A stretch of DNA of 63,106 nt, the filler included, from Chiloscyllium plagiosum (lineage: Eukaryota), in the NCBI RefSeq assembly GCF_004010195.1. It is 7 parts of 7 records of this genome, joined end to end, with 100 filler letters (N's around TTAATTAATTAA, not from the genome) between each part and the next. Parts side by side here need not be neighbours in the genome. Positions count along the whole stretch, not along the records: positions 4,012 to 18,107 come from NW_025208183.1; positions 18,208 to 23,964 come from NW_025203326.1; 5 more parts are not named here. One strand, written 5' to 3'. Below, piece after piece: positions 12,570 through 24,064 of this stretch (the first letter of the stretch is position 1; the number at the start of each line of letters is the position of its first letter). Under the pieces are notes generated by a model. It did no database searches, was not told the DNA's origin, and worked only from the letters and a program-made list of their open reading frames with translations. The position numbers were made by a program, and so were the translations under genes.

Positions 12570-12875
12570 ACATTCTCCCACCAACTCTTCTCCTAACTGT
12601 GAGCTCCAGTGACGAAATCGCAAGCAGCAAGTTTGCAACCGTCGTCTGTTCAATCATCGAGTTCCATCCGAAGTCAATTTCCGTGAGTTTGTTGAAAAAT
12701 GGCCTACCCTTGGATTCTGGCTTCTTCACGTCTCCCGTGTGTGAGGCAAACGGGAACTTCTCGGTGACGAGTCGGCTGATGGTCCCTTATGGTGAATGGT
12801 TCAACAGTGCGGTCTACACCTGCCAGGTCACCCTTGGAGAGAACATTCAAAGTAAAAACATCACCGCACTCCAGG
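12570..12875 (+). CDS. IGHM: IgM CH2 exon (core Trp>Leu)
   Basis: [14 protein letters not shown]...FATVVCSI...[15 protein letters not shown]...EWF...VYTCQV; AG/GT phase 1; TTG at 12689-12691 in SVS[L]LKNG. Confidence 0.9.
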
Positions 12876-14570
12876 GTAAGAGACACAGACTGAGAGAGCT
12901 ACAAATCACTCTGAACTGTGATGTGAATCAAACACACTAATTCATCAGGCGTAGTAAACAGCACGGTACAGTTTCTCGTTTCTCAACGTGCCGCGTATCT
13001 CATTTCATTTTGAGTGTTCCATTAGCATTGCTCATAATTCAACATTTTGGCAAGTCAGAAAAACATGTTTCCTCTCTGTTGAAGATGGATATATAGACAG
13101 TGAGCTTTGTTAAATAGTTTGTTGCCTCACCATGCTGGGAGCGGCATTCACAGTGCTGAATCCTTGCCTGGTAGCCGCTTCAAGGATAAGTGTGGGGGTG
13201 GAGGGGGGCTTTGGGAGAGATAACTGATTGAAACATAGAAAACACTGAGAGACTGAGGTCGAGTGAACGTGCAATAGGTGTTTTGACTGGTAGGTAAGAC
13301 TAGAACCTAAGCGCACAGTCTCAGGGTCAAAAGGGCACCGTTTAGAACTGAGATGGGGAGGGATTTCTTCAGCCAGAGGGTGATGAGTCTGTGAAACATG
13401 TTGCTGCAGAGGGCTGTGGAGGCAAGGCCATTGTGTGTATTCAAGCCAGAGATAGACCTGCTCTTGTTTAGTACGGGAAGAAGACAGTAGAATGGCTTTA
13501 GCCCGACAGGTCGATTTTCCGGCTCGTCGGATGCTGCCTGACCTGCTGTGCTTTTCCAGCATCATTCTGATCTAAACTCTGGATTGGCCGAACAGCCTTA
13601 TTCTGATCCTCTATCTTATGATGTTGTGGTCTCAAAATGACGTGGTTAAAATATGCAGGGACCCTTACTTGAAAATAAATCAAAATGCGTTCAATGCTTC
13701 ATTCCCTGCTCAGGAATGACCTGTTGGCCTTGGACACTGTACGACATCGATTTCTATCTGGTACTGAGCTCTTTAACTTCATTTATGGGATCAAACCACA
13801 GATCAAGTGGGTATCACATTTGATGAACTGGGGTAATCGTGATCTCACTGAGCTTCTTTAAGATGCTCTCTGTAATTAGTGGATGTGGCAGGAGAATAAA
13901 GTCTGGTAAGAATGCTACAATAGGAATGAATGAACTAGGAACTCGAGACAGGCTGATTTAGCCTGGTTTGGGGTGGTGATGTTTACACATTGAGTAGTGG
14001 ATATCTATAAAATTAGTGCACATTTCAATCGCATTTGTAGATTAATTTAAGACGCTTTTGTTTGTTTTTACCGCTCCTGTAACACTTTAGAACTCTGTAA
14101 AGAGAATAATTATTATTTATTATAATCTGTCCAAAATTTGGGATGTGATTTGGCAGTCAGTGTGACCAGCAGCACTTGCACCTAAAGGTTATGAACATGG
14201 AAATGAACTCATTATATTCAGATTACTCTTGTCACAAGTATCAATAGATGGTCTTAAGTGAGAGTCAAACTTCGAAAGAAAGATAATTCCATGGGTTACA
14301 TGATGGTATCTTCGATGATTTTACTTTTTTCACAGGTTTTGCTTGTTACAAAGCCAGTGTTCTTTCGGAATAATTACACAGGGGATGTCATAGGTAATCA
14401 CAAATGCTTTCACAGATCAAAATACATCAACAATGGTAAGCATCGTTTCAGCAATAGTTGGAATTGCCATTTTGAAGGTGGTGTCTTCACACTGTGTCGA
14501 AGTAATCTGAAGATTGGCTGTTTGTATCAGAAAGGGGCATTTTTCATTGACTTTGAATTTTGTTTCATAG

Positions 14571-14879
14571 AAGATACCGAGTGCCACGCCAACACCGTTA
14601 ATATCCTCCCACCGCCAGTAGAACAAGTCTTACTGGAGGCGACGGTGACGTTAACCTGCGTTGTGCCCAATCTTCCTTCTGGAGTCAGCGTGACCTGGAC
14701 ACAAGAAAAGAAACCTGTGAAATCAGAGATTGCTGAGCAGCCTGGACAGAATTCCGAAAGCGTGATCAGCAAATTAGACATTTCGACAGAAGCCTGGCTG
14801 AGTGGCGTTACTTTTGAATGTTTGGTGAACCATCAGAATCTATCGACTCCGCTGAGAGACTCCATCCACAAGGAGAAAG
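14571..14879 (+). CDS. IGHM: IgM CH3 exon (intact frame)
   Basis: [21 protein letters not shown]...VTWTQ...[21 protein letters not shown]; AG 14569-14570, donor G|GTGAG 14879. Confidence 0.92.
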
Positions 14880-15330
14880 GTGAGCGGTGATATTAAAACA
14901 CAAAGCATTCCATGTGTAATCCAGATCCAGTTACATCAATGACAGGCTTTGAATGGTAATGAACAAATACCGTTAGGAGCATTAATGATGCATCTGAAGG
15001 CAGGATAGCTAGGTAGCTGCTTAAGAAAAAGATGGACCAAAGGATATTGTATTCTGATTAAGTCAGATAAGGTGGGAAGAAGCCTGGGTTGTGACGTCAC
15101 CATCAGCAATGACAGTTGGACAGAATGCTGTTGTTGTGGGCTGGAAACATGGAGGCGACTTTCACATTAAACTTTTTTTTTACTGAACAGAATGTGTACC
15201 ATACTGCTCCTTTAGAAAACGAAAGTGAATAAATCCCAAATTAAACATGACGTATTTTAATATTTAGTGAAATTGTGATATTGGTTCAGGATTTTTTGGT
15301 TGATTTATATTTGTCTCAAATATTCTGCAG

Positions 15331-15719
15331 TGATTAATCCGCTGGAGCCATCAGAGTCGGTCCTCCTGCCCCCAACAGAAGAAATCTTCGCTCAGAGGTT
15401 TCTCTCACTCACCTGTTTAGTGAGAGGTATCTCCCCCCGAGAGATCTTCGTCAAGTGGACAAACAATGACAAGCCAGTGAATCCCAGTATCTACAAGAGC
15501 ACCGAGGTGATGGCGGAGAGTGACAACACCTCCTTCTTCATGTAGCCTGTTATCCATTACAGCGGAAGAGTGGGCCAGCGCTGCTTCTTACTCCTGTGTG
15601 GTGGGACATGAAGCGATTCCATTGAAGATCATCAACAGAACAGTCGACAAATCCAGCGGTAAACCAATTTTCATAAAATTTCACTTGCACTGATGGACAC
15701 TGTTAATTCATGTCAATAA
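15331..15719 (+). pseudogene. IGHM: IgM CH4 exon + secretory tailpiece, two frameshifts
   Basis: [19 protein letters not shown]...SFFM then TAG 15543-15545; shifted frame continues [38 protein letters not shown]; tail [14 protein letters not shown] in another frame; internal donor for membrane exon G|GTAAA at 15658. Confidence 0.9.
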
Positions 15720-15720
15720 A
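15715..15720 (+). terminator. Poly(A) signal AATAAA overlapping the secretory-tail stop codon
   Basis: CAA TAA A. Confidence 0.55.
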
Positions 15721-16899
15721 AATCTCAAAGTTGCATTTAATAATTCAACAAAAGTAAGAAAGTTTTTTTTCCTCCAGTTGTGAGTGAAATACTGAATTAG
15801 TTGTTTCTCACTCTGACTTACATTGCATCTGTATAGTTAAAGTGGATTCTTCACAGTTCTAGGACGAGTGTCTTGTGCAGTTAATGTTCTCTGCTCAGAT
15901 ACACCCTGGGTCAGAGACAGAGTAAAGCTCACTCATTGCAGGATTCCGCCAAGTACCTTATCCATCCTAAATGCCTCTGTGACAAAATCGGACAATGTCC
16001 TTTTTATGTCAAGGGTCGAGCACAAGTTTTGAACTTGGTGTTCTTGATTCCCCCGATTGGACATTCTTACAAAATTCATGTCAGTTTTAAACTGCCACAT
16101 TGCACCAATTGGAAATGTAAATTTAAGACACTTTAAAATTAAATTTGATTGGAACATACCAATCGTAAAGAGTGCAGAACAGTTTGAATGTAACGTTTAT
16201 TTCTGGGGAAATTCCAGGGATCTTGCACCAGCGCATGAGTTGACAGAATGTATCTTCACTTGTACACCAAAGAGAATTGACAGATAAGTTGTCGTGGAGC
16301 AGAGGGGAGGGGAATAATGAATGGTCTGTCCTCTTGCTCCCTGCGCAGAGTTTTCATGGCAGATGTCCTCTGTAATGTAACCCAGTTACTAACAGGAACA
16401 GTCAGCTTCTTGCTTACTGTCCAAAGATTAAACACTTCCATGCAAAATAATACGTTTGAAACATGTTGGACACGCTTGGCTCTGTAAACAAATGATTAAC
16501 ATTGATTCCCATAATCCAAAACTGGTGTTTGCATCGTCTCGGTTTGAATTCCATAGTTTTGTCTCAGTTTTCTGGAGCACATGGGATCAATTCTGCTATT
16601 CGAATACCTGATATCATTTTGTTTCACATACAGAACACAAGTAGACATTTTCTAATAAACATATTCAGAAATGTTATCTCTGGGGCAGTGGGGATTTGAA
16701 CGCACGCCTTTTCTCTCAGAGACAGAAATTCTATCACTGCAAAAGAAGAGTTACTCATAAAATGCTTATCTCTCCACGACGATGGGAAATGTTTCCTACA
16801 ACACCAATGTCAAATCTAAGTATGGGCAATCCAGTAAAATTAGAACAATAAATCAGAATAATAAAAATTGCAGTCTGGTATAAGAACAGATACAGAGAG

Positions 16900-17300
16900 A
16901 TGATCGCAAATACACACGCAATGACACATATACGGGCTCTCACCTAAAGACACATATTTATGTGCACACTCAAATGTGCAAATAGATAAGATGTCACACA
17001 TGCATGCTCGCACAGAGCCACACATACAAGTGGTACTTGAACACTCACCTATGCTCATACAAAAACTCACATACACCGAATGAAAATCATTTGCACAAAT
17101 GAACAGGGGTACTCACACATAACTATGAGAAACATAGACACACGGTAAGACACAAATGGGCATGAATACATATACATTCATACAGCACAATGCATACAGA
17201 CATACATGCATGAACACAGAGATACAAATTTTGAAAAATGTCCTCCCACATTTCAACTCACGCAGGCATGTAAGTGCACGGAGATAAATATTAATATCAT
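16900..17300. repeat. Degenerate CA/AC-rich simple repeat
   Basis: acacac/atacac runs. Confidence 0.6.
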
Positions 17301-17599
17301 TATTTTCCCATTTTCAGAATCACAAACATACGATGACAAGAGGCAGCTTAATTAGTTATTTTTAAAACACATTGATCAGCATGTATACCATATCACACGC
17401 ACACACAAATTCAGAGTCTCACATGCAGACACACAAGTGCATAGATGAACAAATAGAGGGGCGTTTATTAAATAAAGATAATGGGCACAAGCGTCAGCAA
17501 GCATCCATAAACAATAACACAAACAAGCTTATCAGGAGATGGTTTGAGAAAGATTGCCACACAAGCATAAAACATCATATAAATATAAACATCCATCAA

Positions 17600-17817
17600 A
17601 ACATAACATTGCATGCTAACATTTATTAAGCATAAACATGAAAATATTCTAGTTTAGGTAGGACCTGAAACAGACACATAAGCACACATTTTAGATAGCA
17701 CTAATGAAAATAACATTGCATGCTAACATTTATTAAGCATAAACATGAAAATAACCTAGTTTAGGTAGGACCTGAAACAGACACATAAGCACACATTTTA
17801 GATAGCACTAATGAAAA
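17600..17817. repeat. ~107-bp tandem duplication
   Basis: ataacattgcatgctaacatttattaagcataaacatgaaaat...tagatagcactaatgaaaa occurs twice. Confidence 0.8.
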
Positions 17818-18107
17818 GTGAACACTCACAAAGACTTTACAAGATAAGCATAGGCAGCAACGAAGTGGCATATTAGCATGATGATGCTTACACACTGGGA
17901 AAAGACCAAAATTAAGGGGCACAAACAAATGAGCACACCAGCAGTAAAGGAACAGGAATATGTTTATTCAGGCACAGACTCCAACATGGGCAATAGTGAA
18001 GTAAGAGACTCTCATAACCACATACACAAACATTAAAGGAAAACCAAACACACCAAGCAGTAAATCAAATAAAATAAGGGACACGTGTACAAAAACTCAT
18101 TCCTAAA

Positions 18108-18207
18108 NNNNNNNNNNNNNNNNNNNNNNNNNNNNNNNNNNNNNNNNNNNNTTAATTAATTAANNNNNNNNNNNNNNNNNNNNNNNNNNNNNNNNNNNNN
18201 NNNNNNN
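18108..18207. other. Artificial contig-join spacer
   Basis: N44-TTAATTAATTAA-N44. Confidence 0.97.
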
Positions 18208-18480
18208 CCCCCGGGTACAACAGAGTGTTACAAGGGGACAAAAAAATAAAGGTGATGGGTGGAAGGTATCGGGGGAATGTCAGGGGTAGGTTCTTTATGC
18301 AGAGAGTGGAGGGGGCATGGAATGCGCTGCCTGTCGGAGTGGCAGAGTCAGAATCATTGGTGACCTTTAAGCGGCAATTGGATAGGTACATGGATAGGTG
18401 CTTAAGTTAGGACAAATGTTCGGCACAACATCATGGGCCGAAAGGCCTGCTCTGTGCTGTATTGTTCTATGTTCTATGTA
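18208..18480 (+). mobile_element. CR1 LINE 3' end
   Basis: RFFMQRVEGAWNALP...TFKRQLDRYM and tail tgttctatgttctatg. Confidence 0.85.
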
Positions 18481-20524
18481 GCGATTTCTTCACTGCGACG
18501 CACGATCAGAAGAAGAGTTGTTGGAGAAGTGGACCTTTATGAAAAACATCATATAAATTATCTGACAAATTTGATTAAAAAAATACATTCAGTTCTTATG
18601 TAACAAAGTGAGTTGTGGTTAATAGATACGAACCTTGATATTACAACCATCATATTTGTCCAGAGTGCTATAGAAGCTGAGATCAACACAGTACAATTAG
18701 ACGGGCGATGTGATAATGACAATGTAATGCTAAAATTAGAGGTCAGAGCAAGGAGGTCAAGAAGGTACAAAAATGATGGGCCAGTTTAATCAGAGGGAGA
18801 GATAGCAAGTTTGGATGGTATTCATTTTAACGAAAGGAGTATGATAAACAATGCTGATGAGTTAACGGCATAAATGAGGAAGTGTGCAATTGATATCATG
18901 GAGACATGCTGCGAGAGGGGCAAGAGTGGCAGTTCAATAGTCCAAATATAATGCCTTCAAGTGAGACAGGGAAAAATAAAGATGGAGTGGAAACGGTGAA
19001 GATTGTTAATGTTCACCAGTGTGAGGGAATAAGTGGACATAGAAAACATTGTGAAGTGTTGTGATTTTTTTCAGAAATTAGGATAGGTGATGTGATGTGC
19101 TGTGTTGCTGGATGAAAAAATAGTAATATTTCCAGGGCAGATAACATGTATGCCAAGCAAAGGATGAAATAGTGGGTGGCTGGCAATAAGTTATAATTCC
19201 TGGCCACCTAGGGATATGGTAAAACTGCCAATGTGGTATTGTTATGCAGGACAGACGAAGAGAAAAATCATGAAACCACAGGCTCGGCTCAAGCTCGGCT
19301 CTGTACTAGGGAAGACATTGTAACTATGGAGAGGGGAATTAACCTTCATCTGGAAGGTTAATCAACAATTCTCAGCACGATTTCATTGAGCAATTTGATG
19401 TTAGTTTTCGAAGAAGTAAGTCGATTTCCAGATGATAGTAAAGATCAGAGCCAGATGAGATCAAGTTAATTTGACGAATTGAACCCTGAGTTAGCTGAAT
19501 GGCGGAGTGCAGAGGGTAATGGTCATAGAATGTTTGTGTGGATGGAAGTAAATGTCTAGTGGTGTTCTGCAGGGATCAGTGTTGATTTATTGATATTTCT
19601 ATTATGTAAAATCGATTTAGAATACAATGCAGGAGATATGGCCATTAAGTTCACAGATGAAACGAAAATTGCCGTGTTGGTAAGTAGTNNNNNNNNNNNN
19701 NNNNNNNNNNNNNNNNNNNNNNNNNNNNNNNNNNNNNNNNNNNNNNNNNNNNNNNNNNNNNNNNNNNNNNNNNNNNNNNNNNNNNNNNNNNNNNNNNNNN
19801 NNNNNNNNNNNNNNNNNNNNNNNNNNNNNNNNNNNNNNNNNNNNNNNNNNNNNNNNNNNNNNNNNNNNNNNNNNNNNNNNNNNNNNNNNNNNNNNNNNNN
19901 NNNNNNNNNNNNNNNNNNNNNNNNNNNNNNNNTATAGGACTGCATGTTATGGAAGGAATGTGATTAGACAGAAGGCAGCATTATTGAGATTTTCCAGGAC
20001 TTTTCCTGGGCTGGAAGTTTTTAAGTTATGGAATGTCATTAACCAAACTGGGGTTTTACTTGGAGCAGAGAAGAATGAGAGAGATGATGATTGTGATGTC
20101 TAGAATTACGGTAGACATATACATAGTAAACAGGACAAATCCCTTTCCCCTTAATGGATGGAGCAATGTCTCAAGGGCATAGGTTTACGGTAAGGACAGG
20201 AGGATATTGGGGAAACCAAAATCACACAGAGTGTGTGAATCTGCAGCTCAGTGTGAGTCAGTCTTGAAGAGGCTAGGCACCGCATAACATGTGAGAAATA
20301 TGCAGATGCACATAAGAAATGTCAAGTCACACAAAGCAATGCATCAATTGCGGATATACTGGACTGGAATAGTTAGGGGGTTGTTATTGGTAGGCGTGGA
20401 CTGAATTGACCTCAGGAACTTTTCCTGTACTCTATATCTCGATGACGATGTCAAATATATTATAACTAATGACCTATTCATGTTAACCACAGGTGTGCTG
20501 TTCACCTCAGTTCCTACAAGATTT

Positions 20525-20826
20525 ACATAGCATTCCAGTGCTCTGCTTTGACCCGCTGTGTTGAACCTCACAGGAGAGTTTGCTGCAATCTGCGTCTGAC
20601 TCAGGCAGGGTCAACTGGCTGCTCAGGGTGTAAGTTCCATTGTTGTTCCTCACGGATGGATAAGTCTTCACTGCAGTCGTGATTGGCACACCACCTTTCT
20701 TCCAAATCACCTTGGTAACGTCAGTGTTATAGTCCATGGCCAAACAACCAAAGATCACAGAACCGTCAGTGTTGTGTTGCTGACAGGAGAAGACAAGTCC
20801 ATAAAGTTTGGGGAAAGATGCAGTCT
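20525..20826 (-). pseudogene. IGHM: Second IgM CH1 exon (open frame, acceptor degenerate)
   Basis: [32 protein letters not shown]...IWKK...LSCEVQH; both Cys and Trp intact; position equivalent to the acceptor reads TTG|AG, not CAG|AG; donor unclear. Confidence 0.8.
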
Positions 20827-21084
20827 CAAGGATAGCATGACCAGTTGAGCAAGTTAGTTTCTGTTAATTCGACCTTATTGGTTACCCAAATATTTCTTCA
20901 GCTGTAAATGTATACCAGTGTGTTCCTGCTAAAATCTTTAGTATACCTTGAATTTATTTTAGTTTCCAATCAGTCGTTGATCATGATCTATTGGTTCCCT
21001 CTTCAGAAACATGCCCTCTACCTTGACCATTACTATATAATTTAGAAATAGGAACACCCTGATCTGACGAAGAGTAACTGCTGA

Positions 21085-22145
21085 AAATCTCACCAACTGA
21101 CACTTTAATTGGATTGCAAGTGATGAGCATAGAGTTTTCACAAAATACAAACCAAGAAAACGTGCAAGTTGGAATTTTAAATGAAATCCGAAGTTGCTGG
21201 AGAAACCCAACAACTGGCAGCATCTGTGGAGAGAAACCAGAGTGAACGTTTCGAGTCCATTGTATCTTCCCAGCTTATCAATGTCAGCCAAAACCTGATC
21301 CCTGGAAAGAAGGCAATTGCAGAGCACTGGGCCTGAGAGTATATCTGTCACACATGATATCATGTTAATTGCCTGGAAGCTCATTGATCGACTTGACAAT
21401 TATCTGAATTCTGGAGGCCGCTGAAACAAAGAGGACCATTAAAGGTTCAGAGACTTTGGAGTGTGACAGCTAACTGAACTGAGCATTTGTGTAAATATGA
21501 TTCGAGAAATGAACAAATACACTTTAACTTCAATAACTATCAAACTGACACGCAGTTTATCGCAAAACTCTAATCTGCCAGATTAATCACTGCTCTGACT
21601 TTCTGTCTCGACGTGAAAATCTCAACAACTGACACTTTCATTGGATTGCAAGTGACGAGCATAGAGTTTTCACAAAATACAAACCAAGAAAACGTGCAAG
21701 TTGGAATTGGAAATGAAAACCGAAGTTGCTGGAGAAACCCAACAACTGGCAGCATCTGTGGAGAGAAACCAGAGTGAACATTTCGAGTCCATTGTATCTT
21801 CCCAGCTTATCAATGTCAGCCAAAACCTGCTCCCTGGAAAGAAGGCAATTGCAGAGCACTGGGCCTGAGAGTATATCTGTCACACATGATATCATGTTAA
21901 TTGCCTGGAAGCTCATTGATCGACTTGACAATTATCTAAATTCTGGAGGCCTCTGAAACAAAGAGGACCATTAAAGGTTCAGAGACTTTGGAGTGTGACA
22001 GCTAACTGAACTGAGCATTTGTGTAAATATGATTCGAGAAATGAACAAATACACTTTAACTTCAATAACTATCAAACTGACACGCAGTTTATCGCAAAAC
22101 TCTAATCTGCCAGATTAATCACTGCTCTGACTTTCTGTCTCGACG
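21085..22145. repeat. 532-bp tandem duplication upstream of Cmu1
   Basis: Minus-strand ORFs starting at 21399 and 21931 are near identical. Confidence 0.9.
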
Positions 22146-22548
22146 TCAATTTCCATTCACTTTGACAATCCCTACACTGTGACACACTCATTCACCCTTG
22201 GAAGACAGGATTCCCATCACAAGACATAACACACATTCAAGACAATCCATATTATGGACGAGAATTTAATCTCGATTCCTTTCACTCAATTCCATCCCTG
22301 CCACGCTGCACCTGGTCCATGGTGAACCTGGTCCTGGCACCAGAATTTTGACAATCCCTGACAGGACGCCACTCCCTCAGACATGACCTGAGACATTCAC
22401 CACTGAACTCTCAACTTACCCAAGTCAACCTGTGCATATTGCACTATAGCTCTGTTCCCAACTTCCCTTTACCGCCTGTGACTTCGTCAGACTCCGGGCT
22501 TTACGTTTTGTCATTATATCCACAGCTCAATTCACTTCTGAGCCACTC

Positions 22549-23141
22549 AACGCACCAACCCGACTGGCCACCCACCTCTCAACTAACCGGTGTGACACAC
22601 TGTCCACCTCTCAACTAACCAACCCAACAACCTGCCCACCTCTCAAATAACCAGGCTGGCACCCTGCTCACCTCTCAACTAATCAGTCCGACACCCTGCA
22701 AACCGCTCATCTAACCAGCCCAGCACCCTGCTTCCCACTCAACGCCCCAGCCAAACACCCAACCACCTCTCAAATAACCAGTCTGACATCCTGCCAACAT
22801 CTCAACTAAAGAGCTCGGCACACTGCCCACTTCTCAACTAAACATCCAGGTACTCTGCCAAATTCTCAACTAACCGCTCCGACACTCTGAGCAGCACTGA
22901 ACTAACCAGACTGATACCCTATTGAACTCTCAACTAACCAGCCTGACACCCTGACGTTCTCTCAACTGACCAGCCTGGTACTCTGTTTACAACTCAACAA
23001 ACCAGCCTAGCAGCCAGTCCACCTCAACCCAACCAGCTCCGCACTGCCCTCACCTTTCAACTTACCAGCCTGGCACACTACTCACCTCTCAACATTCCAG
23101 CCCTGCAGCCTGCTGACCACTCAACTAACCATCTTGGCACC
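22549..23141 (-). repeat. Degenerate 32-bp tandem array (~18 units), G-rich on the IgM sense strand
   Basis: Units start 22549, 22581, 22613, 22645, 22677...; plus-strand consensus ~AACTAACCAGCCTGGCACCCTGCCCACCTCTC. Confidence 0.9.
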
Positions 23142-23964
23142 AGATAGACTTCCTGCATTTCTGCTCATAATCCCTCTCTCCTACCAAGCACAACGCGATC
23201 AAATTATTTCCTTGTGACCATTATAATTTCCCTGATGCCACACTGCCAGACTCGGTGTATGCATGCTTACCCAGCAGCCACCCAACATCTCACCGCCTAC
23301 CAGCTCAAACTCTATCACATTAACAATCTATCCGCCACTAGCTCACCAACTTCCTACTTTGAGCCTACTGCACCACAAAGTCAGAGCGTCAGATAGTCGT
23401 ACAACACAAACAGATCCTTCAGCACCGCTTATCCATTCCAACCAGGGTTCCCAAATTAAACGAAATCCATTAGCCTGCGATTGGCCCATATCTATCGAGA
23501 TCTATTCAGTTCCTGTACCTGTCCAAATGTCTTAGAAATATTGTAACTGTATCTGCATTTACCACTTCCTCTGGCAGTTCATTCCAATGTCAGCTACTGC
23601 TGCAACACAAAGTCTCAGCCCTAATACTCAATGCTCTGTGCAATTAAGACAAGTTTTACAAACACCTTCTTCTTTCAAGAATCTATGTATCTCACCCATC
23701 AGGTCCCCATGTTCGACAAAGCCACCCATTGCCCTATCATTGCCACTCTAAGAATCGTTTTATCTGAATCACCAGGCGACTATGTCGATAACATGAATCA
23801 TTGCACTATCATTCACTTCCAGTTGTGACCAGATTTGTCTTCCTATAATGCAATGAGTCATTTTTCCTGAAGAAGGGCTCATGTTCGAAACGTTCATTCA
23901 CCTGCTCCTTGGATGCTGCCTGACCTGCTGCGCTTTTCCAGCAACACATTTTCAGCTCTGATCT

Positions 23965-24064
23965 NNNNNNNNNNNNNNNNNNNNNNNNNNNNNNNNNNNN
24001 NNNNNNNNTTAATTAATTAANNNNNNNNNNNNNNNNNNNNNNNNNNNNNNNNNNNNNNNNNNNN
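23965..24064. other. Artificial contig-join spacer
   Basis: N44-TTAATTAATTAA-N44. Confidence 0.97.

Larger units (their letters stand above)
8466..15719 (+). pseudogene. IGHM: Shark IgM heavy-chain constant region (Cmu1-Cmu4 + secretory tailpiece), inactivated
   Basis: Four phase-1 C1-set exons in order; Cmu1 second Cys>Tyr, Cmu2 core Trp>Leu, 2-bp deletion with TAG in Cmu4, 1-bp deletion in tailpiece. Confidence 0.9.

Noticed and set aside
14258-14570. N-terminal extension of the 210-aa ORF
   Set aside because: Intronic; the true exon starts at the AG acceptor 14569-14570
8466-15719. Assignment as IgNAR or IgW
   Set aside because: Four C domains with a CH1 and a mu-type tailpiece (…MDTVNSCQ) fit IgM
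16681-16725. tRNA-Leu-like 3' fragment on the minus strand (GGCGTGCGTTCAAATCCCCACTGCCCCA)
   Set aside because: Only a T-arm-like piece; no full cloverleaf
15720-18107. IgM transmembrane exons
   Set aside because: No TM-coding exon seen before the contig ends
22549-23141. CRISPR-like periodicity
   Set aside because: Contiguous degenerate units without unique spacers, in a vertebrate genome with no cas genes
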